From IMG/VR virus record IMGVR_UViG_3300025120_000020: a stretch of 64,000 bases of DNA; one strand, 5' to 3'. This stretch comes from a virus. Positions 45,628-54,853 of the stretch are shown piece by piece (within the stretch, counting starts at the first letter, position 1; each line of letters opens with the position of its first letter). Under the pieces are notes generated by a model, which worked only from the letters and a program-made list of their open reading frames with translations, made no database searches and was not told the DNA's origin. The position numbers were made by a program, and so were the translations under genes.

Positions 45628-46022
45628 TATTTCTGTAGGGCTTTGCTTTTATAGATGCGTAGATCAGGCTGATTATCCTTCTCTTTGAATTTATTCTTGA
45701 AAATAACGATTTCCGTCTTTTCATCTTTTACCGACAAGCTTCCAGAATAAAAAGGCTTATCGTCACCTTTACGCCACAAAGCCCCGATTTCACGTTCTGA
45801 CCAGTCATCATTAGTCTGGGTAGAATCTTGCGGTCTACTCAGATAGATCCGAAGATCAGGTTGGGCATCCTTCTCCTTAAACTTATTCTGAAAAATAACA
45901 ATTTCGGTAGTAGAACCAGAAACGGTAAAGTTACCAGAATAAAATGGCTTTTCGCCACCTTTGCGCCAAAGAGCACCAACTTCTCGGTCACTCCATTCAC
46001 TATTTTTTTTATTTTCTTCCAT
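45627..46022 (-). CDS. tandem DUF736-like (putative ssDNA-binding) domain protein
   Basis: Two copies of WS.RE.GALWRKG..KPFYSG..EIVIF.NKFKEKD.QPDLRIY. Confidence 0.65.
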   Translation of the reverse strand: MEENKKNSEWSDREVGALWRKGGEKPFYSGNFTVSGSTTEIVIFQNKFKEKDAQPDLRIYLSRPQDSTQTNDDWSEREIGALWRKGDDKPFYSGSLSVKDEKTEIVIFKNKFKEKDNQPDLRIYKSKALQK

Positions 46023-46169
46023 GAGTCTTTAAGTAATCTTTGATTAGATGTTTTTTGTCGTGAGGGAGCTTAGTATAGCGCTGTTTAACGCGCTTGTAAA
46101 CCCTTTTCATGATCGGATCAGCTTGAAAATTAAGCAAACCTCTCAAATATCTTGAAGTAGACCCACTCA

Positions 46170-46379
46170 TTACTGACTAAACGAAACCCTATCAAGGCTA
46201 GTTTTAGCAAAACGACGAATAAGTCCGTTATTACGGTCAAATACCTGAATGTAGTTCCCAGTTTCTCCACGGAACTGAGCGTTCAAAGTTTCTCCTTGAG
46301 TGGTTTGGAGGCCGAAGAAGCGACCACGGGTTCCACGAATAAGACTTAAGGCAGTTTTCTGCTTTCGATTTAATTTCAT
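46170..46379 (-). CDS. small beta-barrel-like hypothetical protein
   Basis: 69 aa with its own TTGACA-16-TAGAAT promoter. Confidence 0.6.
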   Translation of the reverse strand: MKLNRKQKTALSLIRGTRGRFFGLQTTQGETLNAQFRGETGNYIQVFDRNNGLIRRFAKTSLDRVSFSQ

Positions 46380-46387
46380 AACACGTT

Positions 46388-46415
46388 ATTCTAAGTGGAA
46401 TTGGGACTTTGTCAA
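46388..46415 (-). promoter_or_regulatory. promoter TTGACA-16-TAGAAT
   Basis: Seen directly, 8 nt before ATG 46379. Confidence 0.7.
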
Positions 46416-46442
46416 CTAAAAAGTCGAACAATTCGTCGCAGA

Positions 46443-46622
46443 TCAACGGGCTTCGCCCGTGTCTGGATAGTTAGCGTTCTCCTTGCAAAAAATAGGGTTA
46501 GCATCTGCTTCAACATCAAAAGGGGTGTCCACAAACTCGCAATGAAAAACCCTTGTATATCCGTCCCCCTCCATATTGCCCCCACAGTTAGGGCAACAGA
46601 ACAATATTCGTTCTTCGTTCAT
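46443..46622 (-). CDS. 59-aa Zn-ribbon-like protein (below ORF-track cutoff)
   Basis: Manual translation MNEERILFCCPNCGGNMEGDGYTRVFHCEF...PIFC; ATGA overlap with the Clp gene. Confidence 0.65.
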   Translation of the reverse strand: MNEERILFCCPNCGGNMEGDGYTRVFHCEFVDTPFDVEADANPIFCKENANYPDTGEAR

Positions 46623-48901
46623 ACGTTAATTTTGTTCAGGTTTATTTCTGAGCAGTTTTCTGTGATTTTTTCGCAAATGAACTTGTTAATATGAGTTTCA
46701 AATCGTTCTTCAAAATCAACTAGATTTTTACAGGAGCGAGCAAACTTTTTCAAAAAACTCAAGGTGAATATAACTTCTATTTTGTTTAAGCGGAGATCAT
46801 CATTAATTTTTTGAAGCTTGTTATAAAGGATTCTAAAAATATCCTTCTTTTTAATGTGCTGCAATAATACATTGCAATCAACCAGAGATAATAATTCTTT
46901 AAAAATAGACGAGGTTGGAGATTCTTTGTCGGAATTAAAGCCCATTGATGAAGTATTTTCTACTCCGCTAGTCACAAAAATTTTGACGTTGGAAAAGTCA
47001 GCGATATCTCCATTGGACATTTGCAACTTTCCGTCCTTTAGTATTTGAGCAAATAGACTCTTAACAGACAAGTGTAACTTATGGAAATCGTCAATAATAA
47101 TGACGCTATTAGGATGTATATTGATCTTCTCGCATAAAGAAGTGTTGTTCATGATTTCTGGTAAGATTTTAAACTTAGCGAACTCATCTGAGAAATGAAC
47201 TCCACTATAATTTAAGACATTCACCCCACTCTTTTCCAGAGAATCCTTTAAGGTAGAGCAGAAAAAACTTTTGCCCGTAGACTCTTCACCAGTGATGCAG
47301 TAAATACTTGGAACTGAACTTTTTTTATGTATACCGTAACTTGAAAGTGATATTGATTCAATAAGAGAATCGATGATTTTATCATTACCCACAAACTTTT
47401 CTTTTAAGCTGACAGACAGATCTGATAAAATATTTGACTTCCTCAAGGGATTTTCCTTTTTAGAGAAAAATTCTTTTAAGTGTTTTACTGTAACATCCGG
47501 TAACTCTTCTTCTTTTTCGTTTGTCCAAGAAGTCAACTGATCTGTGACAAAAGAAAGAATAGAATCTTCAGAATCAAGGTCAATATTTTTTTCTTTTATA
47601 TTCTCTTTAATTTGTTTAAAAGAGGAGTCTTGGCCCCAATGAGAAACTTTTGCTTGTGCGCCACAATGATCTATAACATCAATAGCTTTATCTGGATAAA
47701 ACTTATTTGGAAGATATTTCTCACAAAAGTTAATGACATTGTTTATGAAGTTGTCTGTATAACGGACACAATGAAACTCTTCATAATATGAAGCAATAAC
47801 GGGTAATATCTCTTGCATCTGGAACTTAGAAGGCTCCTTGATGATTACCCTTTCAAAGCGACGATCTAGAGCAGTATCTTTTTTAATTGTATTAGTATAT
47901 TCATTAATTGTAGTCGCCCCGATACAACTTATAGTGCCTCTTGCTAATTCTGGCTTGAGTATATTTGAGGCTTCCAAAGAGTTCTCAGTTGTTCCTCCCG
48001 CTCCCACCAAAGTATGGATTTCGTCTATAAAGAGAATGATATTATCATACTTTTTAACCTCATTGACAAACTTCTCCAACCTCTCTTCAAACTGCCCCCT
48101 GTATTGAGTTCCAGCAACCATGCTAGACAAACTCAAGGAGTAAATAACCTTATTGGCTATAAGCTCTGGAGCCTCCTCATTAACAATATTAGACGCTAGT
48201 CCCTCGATCAAAGAGGTTTTACCCGTTCCCGCTGGCCCCACTAAAATCGCATTGGGCTTTTTCTTCCTACAGAGGATGGTGGCTATCTCTGATATTTTAT
48301 CATCAAAGTCCACAACCTTATCGAACTCGTCGCGGGAGGCTTTTAGGTTTAAATTTTCCGCGAATTGATCTAGGATCTTATTTTCGTCAAACATCCCGAT
48401 CCAGTTTCCCATAGGTAGATCAAAATCGTTGTTTTCGGAATTAAATTCTATTTCCACCTCTTCTTCATCTTTTACGAAAAAAGAAATGTCATTAATTAGT
48501 TCATTGCGATCATCTACGTCGAAAACTTCTGCTAAAGCCTTCGGAGTATATTCATCGCTTAACATACACAAAAGCATTGACTCTGTGCTAATATAATCTA
48601 ACCCAAAAAGCTGTTTTTGGATAAACTCAGAATGATCAATAAGCTGAGATAATTTTTTTGAATACTGCCTAGAAATCTCCTTATTTGGATTTTTCTTTTC
48701 AATAACACGTTGCGAAGCTATATTAAGTGCTTTGATGCTATCATATCTACCTAAAATAGTTTCACATGACAAACTTAGGTTATCCATGAAACAGGAGAAG
48801 AAAATATCTAAATCAACTTTATTCCTGCCAAGATGTTCAGTTAAGTCTTGAGATTTTTTTAATATAGAAGCTAGTTGAGGAGTGAAGGGCAAATCGTTCA
48901 T
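46619..48901 (-). CDS. ClpA/ClpC-like Hsp100 ATPase
   Basis: Clp N-domain; GPAGTGKT, AGTQYRG, LFIDEIH and PDKAID motifs; degenerate second AAA domain; MGF loop. Confidence 0.85.
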   Translation of the reverse strand: MNDLPFTPQLASILKKSQDLTEHLGRNKVDLDIFFSCFMDNLSLSCETILGRYDSIKALNIASQRVIEKKNPNKEISRQYSKKLSQLIDHSEFIQKQLFGLDYISTESMLLCMLSDEYTPKALAEVFDVDDRNELINDISFFVKDEEEVEIEFNSENNDFDLPMGNWIGMFDENKILDQFAENLNLKASRDEFDKVVDFDDKISEIATILCRKKKPNAILVGPAGTGKTSLIEGLASNIVNEEAPELIANKVIYSLSLSSMVAGTQYRGQFEERLEKFVNEVKKYDNIILFIDEIHTLVGAGGTTENSLEASNILKPELARGTISCIGATTINEYTNTIKKDTALDRRFERVIIKEPSKFQMQEILPVIASYYEEFHCVRYTDNFINNVINFCEKYLPNKFYPDKAIDVIDHCGAQAKVSHWGQDSSFKQIKENIKEKNIDLDSEDSILSFVTDQLTSWTNEKEEELPDVTVKHLKEFFSKKENPLRKSNILSDLSVSLKEKFVGNDKIIDSLIESISLSSYGIHKKSSVPSIYCITGEESTGKSFFCSTLKDSLEKSGVNVLNYSGVHFSDEFAKFKILPEIMNNTSLCEKINIHPNSVIIIDDFHKLHLSVKSLFAQILKDGKLQMSNGDIADFSNVKIFVTSGVENTSSMGFNSDKESPTSSIFKELLSLVDCNVLLQHIKKKDIFRILYNKLQKINDDLRLNKIEVIFTLSFLKKFARSCKNLVDFEERFETHINKFICEKITENCSEINLNKINV

Positions 48902-51459
48902 TTCTTCTTGAGATCCATTAATTTCATCATAATCTTGGTATCTACGACCCTTGCTGAGTCTACGAAATTACTACCACGACCTTTGCTTGCATTCAAGATC
49001 AAAATACAGTCTTTTGAAATTTTGTATTGATCAAGAAAATCAGAAAGAGTTTCAGACCTTGAGTTATCCATAATTAGAAAGCTAGTTGAAGCAGTATTAT
49101 CTGAACCTTCAATAAGCATATATTTGTTGCCGTTTTGAGATATCCTTGTAAAGAAATCTTTAACTTGGCAAACAGTTTTGAACTTAGAGTTCTCTGGAAT
49201 CTCATCCAAGTCTTTCAGAGAATTCATTGAGCCAAACTCGTCCTCAAAGCAGTCCTTCAAGTCAAAAGAATAACTGTAGCCCAATAAACTATTTTCATAC
49301 CACCAATTAGAAAACTTGCGATATGGTTTATTCTTGTCAAAAATTTCTTTATAGCTCTTAAACTTCTTTTTAAAAGTCTCAAACCTAGACTCCTTCATTA
49401 TAGGGCGACCATCATCAGCGATAGCCTTAGCCTCAATGACTTTAGATATTGCATGTAAAATATCATCACCGAACCTGTCTTTAAAAAGAATAAAATTCCT
49501 CTTTTCTCTATCAGTCAAGATATTGAATGCTTGAGCTTCTAGAACCAAACGACTCCTTTTCTCTGTGGTTTCCCCCATAGCTCCAGCTTGAATTAACGCA
49601 ACTAGAACAGAAATATTAATACCACAGCTTTTCGCAGCGGAAAAAACATCATACTTACTCGAAAAGCCATCAGAACCCTTAAAGTTTATAAGACCCTCAA
49701 TCGATTTCGCTGAAATACCTTTAATGCTATTTAAGCCATATCTAATGTTGTCCCCTTCAATCGAAAAATTCATTTTTGATTTAAATAAGTTTGGGGGCAG
49801 TAGTTTGATGCCGAAATGATCTAATTCTTGGTGGACAGAGGCGACAACTGCCAAGGGATCTGGATCAAACTCTGAAGATTCAAGGACAGACAAAAAGAAC
49901 TCTCTAGGATACTTATACTTTAGATAAACCGTCTTAGCTGCCAACTCAGCATAAGCAAAACTGTGAGACTTGTTGAAAGAGTAATCTGCTGAAGCTTGAA
50001 GAGCACTCCAATAGAAGTCACTAATCTGAGAGTCTAATCCTAAATCTTCTGCTGCCTGATAAATCCTATCTCTCCACTTGGGCATCTCGTCAGCTTTCTT
50101 TTTGCCAACAATGCGACGAAGAGTTTCTGCCTCTTCTAGGGTCAAACCGAAAACCTTATTAGCAATCTGCATCAACTGCTCTTGATACAAAATAACATTT
50201 TTAGACCAAGATAGGATTTCGTCTAGTTCTTTATGAAGGTCACTTGATTGGGGGGCTTGTTTTTGTCGAATGTATTCGTCAACAAATTGTAAAGCACCCG
50301 GTCTAGCAAGAGCTACAACATCAGAAAGTTCATTTAAATTATCTGGCTTAACGTCTTGGCACACTCTAAAGTTTGTGCTAGCAGAAATCTGGAATAAGCC
50401 TTCTGGATGATTGTAATCCTGAAGCTTCTCGTATATGAATCCATCATTAGGGTCAACGTCATCTATATTGATTCCAATCTTGTCGCAAGTCCTATGAGCA
50501 ATAGTTAGAGTTCTTAGGCCAAGAATATCGAACTTAACCATAAGGTCAGCGACATCATGCATATTGTAGCCTGTTATAAGGTCTCCATCTTTAGTTTTTT
50601 GTAGAGGAACAACATCTCCTATTGATTGGGAGCAAATGGCGATACCAGATGGATGAACTCCCGTGTTTTTAATTAAATTTTCTATCTTCTTCGCGTTGGT
50701 GAAAGTCTTATTGTGTTTCTTAACCCAATCGTCGAATTTTTCATTATCTTCTCTTGCATTTTCCAGAGAGGATACTTTACCGTGAAGCTTCGGAATCATG
50801 TCGCTAACCGCATTAGCTTGTTCCTCCCTAGCTTCATCAAAATACTTGGTCGCTTCTCTGATACAGAGCTTAGAACTAAAAGTGTTGAAGGTTAAGATCT
50901 TTGCTGTCCTGCCCTCATGTTTTTCTTCGATGTATTGAATAACTCTCTGTCTTTGCTCATAACTAATGTCTGAGTCAACATCAGGAAGTAGGCTACCAAC
51001 AAGAAACTCTTTATTGCGTTTATCGTAAACTTTTTTAGCACGACTCTTCGAAACAAAACGCTCAAAGAATAAGTTGTGAGGGATAGGATCAATATTGGTT
51101 ACCCCAAGCAAATACAAAACTAAAGATCCAGCAGCAGAACCACGACCTGCTCCAGTGGGGATACTGTTTTCATGGCAGAAGTTTAGAACATCCCAGTTTA
51201 ACAAAATATAATCTGTAAACCCAAGCTCTTCGAAAGTCTCTAATTCTTGTTTCGCACGATCAAAATATTCTTTTTTATTCTCATGCTTTGTAATTCCTTT
51301 ATCCCGCAATCCTTTGCGGGTAAGCTCATACATAATTTCTTTAGTGGAGCTTTCTTTGCCAAGCCCAATACTACTCAATACAGCTTCGCTGACAGAAGTC
51401 TTAGGTAATTCAACGCCAATAGGCTCACAATCGTCGTAAACAGAAAAATCTCCAAACAT
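48898..51459 (-). CDS. dnaE: DNA polymerase III alpha catalytic part (no PHP domain)
   Basis: GRGSAAGSLV, LPDVDSD, GVHPSG, KFDILGL and FNKSH motifs. Confidence 0.92.
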   Translation of the reverse strand: MFGDFSVYDDCEPIGVELPKTSVSEAVLSSIGLGKESSTKEIMYELTRKGLRDKGITKHENKKEYFDRAKQELETFEELGFTDYILLNWDVLNFCHENSIPTGAGRGSAAGSLVLYLLGVTNIDPIPHNLFFERFVSKSRAKKVYDKRNKEFLVGSLLPDVDSDISYEQRQRVIQYIEEKHEGRTAKILTFNTFSSKLCIREATKYFDEAREEQANAVSDMIPKLHGKVSSLENAREDNEKFDDWVKKHNKTFTNAKKIENLIKNTGVHPSGIAICSQSIGDVVPLQKTKDGDLITGYNMHDVADLMVKFDILGLRTLTIAHRTCDKIGINIDDVDPNDGFIYEKLQDYNHPEGLFQISASTNFRVCQDVKPDNLNELSDVVALARPGALQFVDEYIRQKQAPQSSDLHKELDEILSWSKNVILYQEQLMQIANKVFGLTLEEAETLRRIVGKKKADEMPKWRDRIYQAAEDLGLDSQISDFYWSALQASADYSFNKSHSFAYAELAAKTVYLKYKYPREFFLSVLESSEFDPDPLAVVASVHQELDHFGIKLLPPNLFKSKMNFSIEGDNIRYGLNSIKGISAKSIEGLINFKGSDGFSSKYDVFSAAKSCGINISVLVALIQAGAMGETTEKRSRLVLEAQAFNILTDREKRNFILFKDRFGDDILHAISKVIEAKAIADDGRPIMKESRFETFKKKFKSYKEIFDKNKPYRKFSNWWYENSLLGYSYSFDLKDCFEDEFGSMNSLKDLDEIPENSKFKTVCQVKDFFTRISQNGNKYMLIEGSDNTASTSFLIMDNSRSETLSDFLDQYKISKDCILILNASKGRGSNFVDSARVVDTKIMMKLMDLKKK

Positions 51460-52073
51460 TACAAATTCATTTCTTTTTTAAGTGCAGAAAAAACCTTAAA
51501 GCACATCTTGTTGTCATATAAGGCATCATGCAGCTTCTCTTCTTCAAACTCTATGCCAAAGAATTTAAGCAATTGGTTTTGAGAAACTCTCGCCTTGAGG
51601 GATCGGTCATGGATTATCTTATACTGCCAACTCAATAAATCTTTCTTGGGCTTATCGAGATCTTCCCTGTAAGCCTTGCCGAAGGCTCTAGTGTCATAAA
51701 TTCGATTAAGATACGAGTAATCAGGAGTTTCCCCCAATAACCTTTGCATCCCAGCTACCATGTAGACATCAAAGCCCAAAAGGTTCTGACCAACAATTTT
51801 ATATTCTGGGTTGAATAAATCAGCTTTAAAATCAGCCCAAACTTTCTTCAAAGGTTCTTTTCTTTCGTCATACTTGTCCCAAGTGAAACCAGTAAGGCGC
51901 TCTACTAATTTATTGATTTGCAGATCTTTATGACTAATATACCTATCGTTCTCTTCGATGATTCTATTACCTTGACAGATCAACCATGAAACCTGCCAAG
52001 TGCGAGAAGAATGTAAATTAAGTCCTTCAGTTTCCGTATCGAAAACTAGATATTTTTGATTATGTGGTAGCAT
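51459..52073 (-). CDS. DEDDh 3'-5' exonuclease (DnaQ-like)
   Basis: VFDTETEGL, N..GFD and HDALYD motifs. Confidence 0.85.
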   Translation of the reverse strand: MLPHNQKYLVFDTETEGLNLHSSRTWQVSWLICQGNRIIEENDRYISHKDLQINKLVERLTGFTWDKYDERKEPLKKVWADFKADLFNPEYKIVGQNLLGFDVYMVAGMQRLLGETPDYSYLNRIYDTRAFGKAYREDLDKPKKDLLSWQYKIIHDRSLKARVSQNQLLKFFGIEFEEEKLHDALYDNKMCFKVFSALKKEMNL

Positions 52074-52761
52074 CTTTATAAGACTCCCAGCAGAACTCGT
52101 CTGAGCAGAAGTGATTTAGGTTTGGGCTTTGGAAAGTTGGAGATTTGCCTCCAGATCTATTGCAAGTAGCTTTATACATTTGTGAAGCTGCAAATTCATC
52201 TTTGTTGTGATGAACAATTGTCTTAACTGCTTGCGTCTTGACTCCAAGTCCATCAATAACAGACTTGATTTGAAAATCAAAAGGATGATTATTATCTTCA
52301 ATAAAATAAACTGGGTCTAAGTGTTTAATATCTATATGAGATAATCCAAAATAAAATAAATTATTAAAAATATAAGAGTCGTAAAAGGGGACGCAAACCT
52401 TAAGGTTTTTAAAATCTTCCTTACTGTATTCGGATAAAATCAGGGAATTGCAATCATTCAAAGATGCACTGGAATACATTTTTTTTAAATCTTTTACCCC
52501 TTCATTATTTTTTGCAAAAAGAACTAACTTGCTAGACCTTTCGTTTTCATCAACTCCATTATTTATAACAGGAATCCTAAGACCAAATACTAAATTAATA
52601 CGCTCCTCTTGAAAAAGATTGTTAAATATTCTAAATCCATAAAAGCTATCCTCAACCAAGACAACGCGATCCAAGGAGTTGAGCTTTGCGATTTCCAATA
52701 TTTTCTCTGCGGTCAGAATAGACTTACCTATACTAAACTGGCTCTTAAAGAGAGGTATCAT
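52060..52761 (-). CDS. stand-alone PHP domain of DnaE (probably metal-deficient)
   Basis: PLFKSQFSIGKSIL start; LVLFAKNNEG.K.L motif. Confidence 0.75.
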   Translation of the reverse strand: MIPLFKSQFSIGKSILTAEKILEIAKLNSLDRVVLVEDSFYGFRIFNNLFQEERINLVFGLRIPVINNGVDENERSSKLVLFAKNNEGVKDLKKMYSSASLNDCNSLILSEYSKEDFKNLKVCVPFYDSYIFNNLFYFGLSHIDIKHLDPVYFIEDNNHPFDFQIKSVIDGLGVKTQAVKTIVHHNKDEFAASQMYKATCNRSGGKSPTFQSPNLNHFCSDEFCWESYKDATT

Positions 52762-52767
52762 GCAGAA

Positions 52768-52796
52768 ATCTTAAAGGAGGTCACTTGGGCTGTCAA
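52768..52796 (-). promoter_or_regulatory. promoter TTGACA-17-TAAGAT, 6 nt before ATG 52761
   Basis: Seen directly. Confidence 0.7.
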
Positions 52797-53817
52797 ACGA
52801 AAAAGACGGACAACCAGAATATTTTTTCTTCTCGATATGTGTGCCTACTCCTTCGTCAAGCATGACTTGTAAATCTTCTTTTACATAAGATGACTTGATG
52901 AACTTATCTTTTCCCCCAAGCAGGTGATAATAATCGAATGGAAACTTGAATGGACAGTGCCACATCAAATCTCCATTCTTTTTCAATTGCCCTACATGAG
53001 TAGCTCTACCACAAACAATTTTACCAGCGAACCCGTCTTCCTTTGCTGGATAACCCTTGTCCCAAGCAAGACCGCTAACCGCAGTCTTTTCACTGAAGTT
53101 GTTGATTACCTGCTGAACATCCGTCAAAAAATATTCAAAACCTTCTAAGTCTAGTTCATCTAACGGCTCCATAGCCATAAGACCTTCCGCATTTAAGTCG
53201 AACTTTAAGAATAAGAACTCCATGCGCCTCTTCAGGTATTCTGGATACAAATATTTAACAGCAAGGCAATACATATAATCCTGCATGTTGTCTGTATACT
53301 CCTTACCTTCGAAAACATTTTTAGAGGTTTTAAAGTCTCGGATTATAGCTGTTTTTTTTCTTTTAAAGAGGAATAGCTTATCTATAAACCCTAGTATCCG
53401 ATAATTCTTATCTCCTTCATCTACAGATATATCGAAATCTTTCTCAGAGATAGCTTCTGTAGGTTTCCCCTCTGTATCCCCAAAGAAGTCAAAATTCAAA
53501 CCCTCAACTGTCATCTTATTGATTAGGTCCATATTCTCAAAGTCGTCTATCTCATACTTTTTAGCATAAGCTTCGACCATCCTCTTAATAGGAGAGCTAA
53601 CATTTATATCTTGAGCTTTAATAATAGCCCTATAATGCTTCCTATGTCTAGGGTTACCTAAGTTCTCAAAAATAGCATGACAGATTGTCCCACGCAAAGA
53701 TCCATGATTAGATTTGTCTGGTAGACGCAAATGATACTTAGCCCAATATTGCCAAGTGCAAGTCTGCATTGTTTTAATGCGTGAGGCTGACAGAGGCTTG
53801 TTTTCAGATTTCTCCAT
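52771..53817 (-). CDS. PD-(D/E)xK exonuclease (Cas4/AddB-like)
   Basis: LSASRIK..C, G...H, GFIDKL, DFKTSK and Q..MY motifs; C-terminal cysteines. Confidence 0.8.
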   Translation of the reverse strand: MEKSENKPLSASRIKTMQTCTWQYWAKYHLRLPDKSNHGSLRGTICHAIFENLGNPRHRKHYRAIIKAQDINVSSPIKRMVEAYAKKYEIDDFENMDLINKMTVEGLNFDFFGDTEGKPTEAISEKDFDISVDEGDKNYRILGFIDKLFLFKRKKTAIIRDFKTSKNVFEGKEYTDNMQDYMYCLAVKYLYPEYLKRRMEFLFLKFDLNAEGLMAMEPLDELDLEGFEYFLTDVQQVINNFSEKTAVSGLAWDKGYPAKEDGFAGKIVCGRATHVGQLKKNGDLMWHCPFKFPFDYYHLLGGKDKFIKSSYVKEDLQVMLDEGVGTHIEKKKYSGCPSFSFDSPSDLL

Positions 53818-54853
53818 AATGGAAGTCGTATTTTTTTTCGAACTTCCGTAAATTAGAAGTAAATGTTTTATTGACCCCACGTTTATTCATCTCTTTGGCA
53901 AAATCAATAACGTTGGCTATTGTTTCATTATGCTTAATTGATGCACAATATTCAACATATTTGTTTATTTGGTCTTTATCCATGTCTCCGAAATCATTTT
54001 CTGGAGGTGGAGAAAAAAATACTTTATCAAAATCAATTTGATCGCAGAGCTTGAATATAGACTTAATTGAACCTTCAAATCCCCTGTTAGAACCTGAATT
54101 AAAATCATTATTAAATGCAATAAAAATTTTATCTAAGGGCAAGCCATGCAACTTAGATATGAACTTAGGTGAAATATTAAGACCGAAAGAAACAAGAACA
54201 TTTTTGATTCCAGCATCAAATAATGAAATACAATCTCCAATCGATTCTACAACATAAACACTGCGACTTTCTTCAATAGCAGTTCGAACTTTGTCAATCG
54301 TATAATATGGATAAAACCAATCAGAACACCTCCCATTGTGCAACCATTTAGGTCTAGGGTCATCCGTTACCTTTCGGCCCGAAAAGCCATGTATCCTCCC
54401 GTCAGGGCGGCAAATGGGGAATATGACTCGCTGATACATTTTTCCAGACATTGCCAATCCGCACTTGAACTTCTTCAAAGTGTCTTCTGATATCCCCCTA
54501 TTCAAATAAAAGTCATAATGGGGTAGCAAGCGATTTAAACAAGAATCTGGATATGTTTTTTCTTCATTCAAAAGTTTTTTTTGAGCAGAGCGTTCATATA
54601 TATTTACACTATTACTCTTTAGGTAAGAGCTTAAAATACTTTTGTCATTAGTATTTAAAGTTTTCTGAAGTAAGGCTTCAAAGGGGAGAAACATAGAGTC
54701 TTCCACATAATCTTTCCAAACCCCAGTATCTTTATAAATCTGTAGTGCTGTAGAATTATCACCAGACCTATATACAGCGCTAGTTCTCCAATAAGAGCCA
54801 TGATCTTTTAGTCGATAACCAAGATCTTCTAAAACAGATTTGTAATCGGTCAT
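53804..54853 (-). CDS. dnaG: DnaG-like primase
   Basis: R..FPI..G.I.GFSGR, KW and TOPRIM VVESIGD motifs. Confidence 0.8.
   Translation of the reverse strand: MTDYKSVLEDLGYRLKDHGSYWRTSAVYRSGDNSTALQIYKDTGVWKDYVEDSMFLPFEALLQKTLNTNDKSILSSYLKSNSVNIYERSAQKKLLNEEKTYPDSCLNRLLPHYDFYLNRGISEDTLKKFKCGLAMSGKMYQRVIFPICRPDGRIHGFSGRKVTDDPRPKWLHNGRCSDWFYPYYTIDKVRTAIEESRSVYVVESIGDCISLFDAGIKNVLVSFGLNISPKFISKLHGLPLDKIFIAFNNDFNSGSNRGFEGSIKSIFKLCDQIDFDKVFFSPPPENDFGDMDKDQINKYVEYCASIKHNETIANVIDFAKEMNKRGVNKTFTSNLRKFEKKYDFHYGEI

Noticed and set aside
48898-52761. Split-intein DnaE
   Set aside because: No intein N-terminal (C/S start block) or C-terminal (HN-C/S/T) signature at either boundary.
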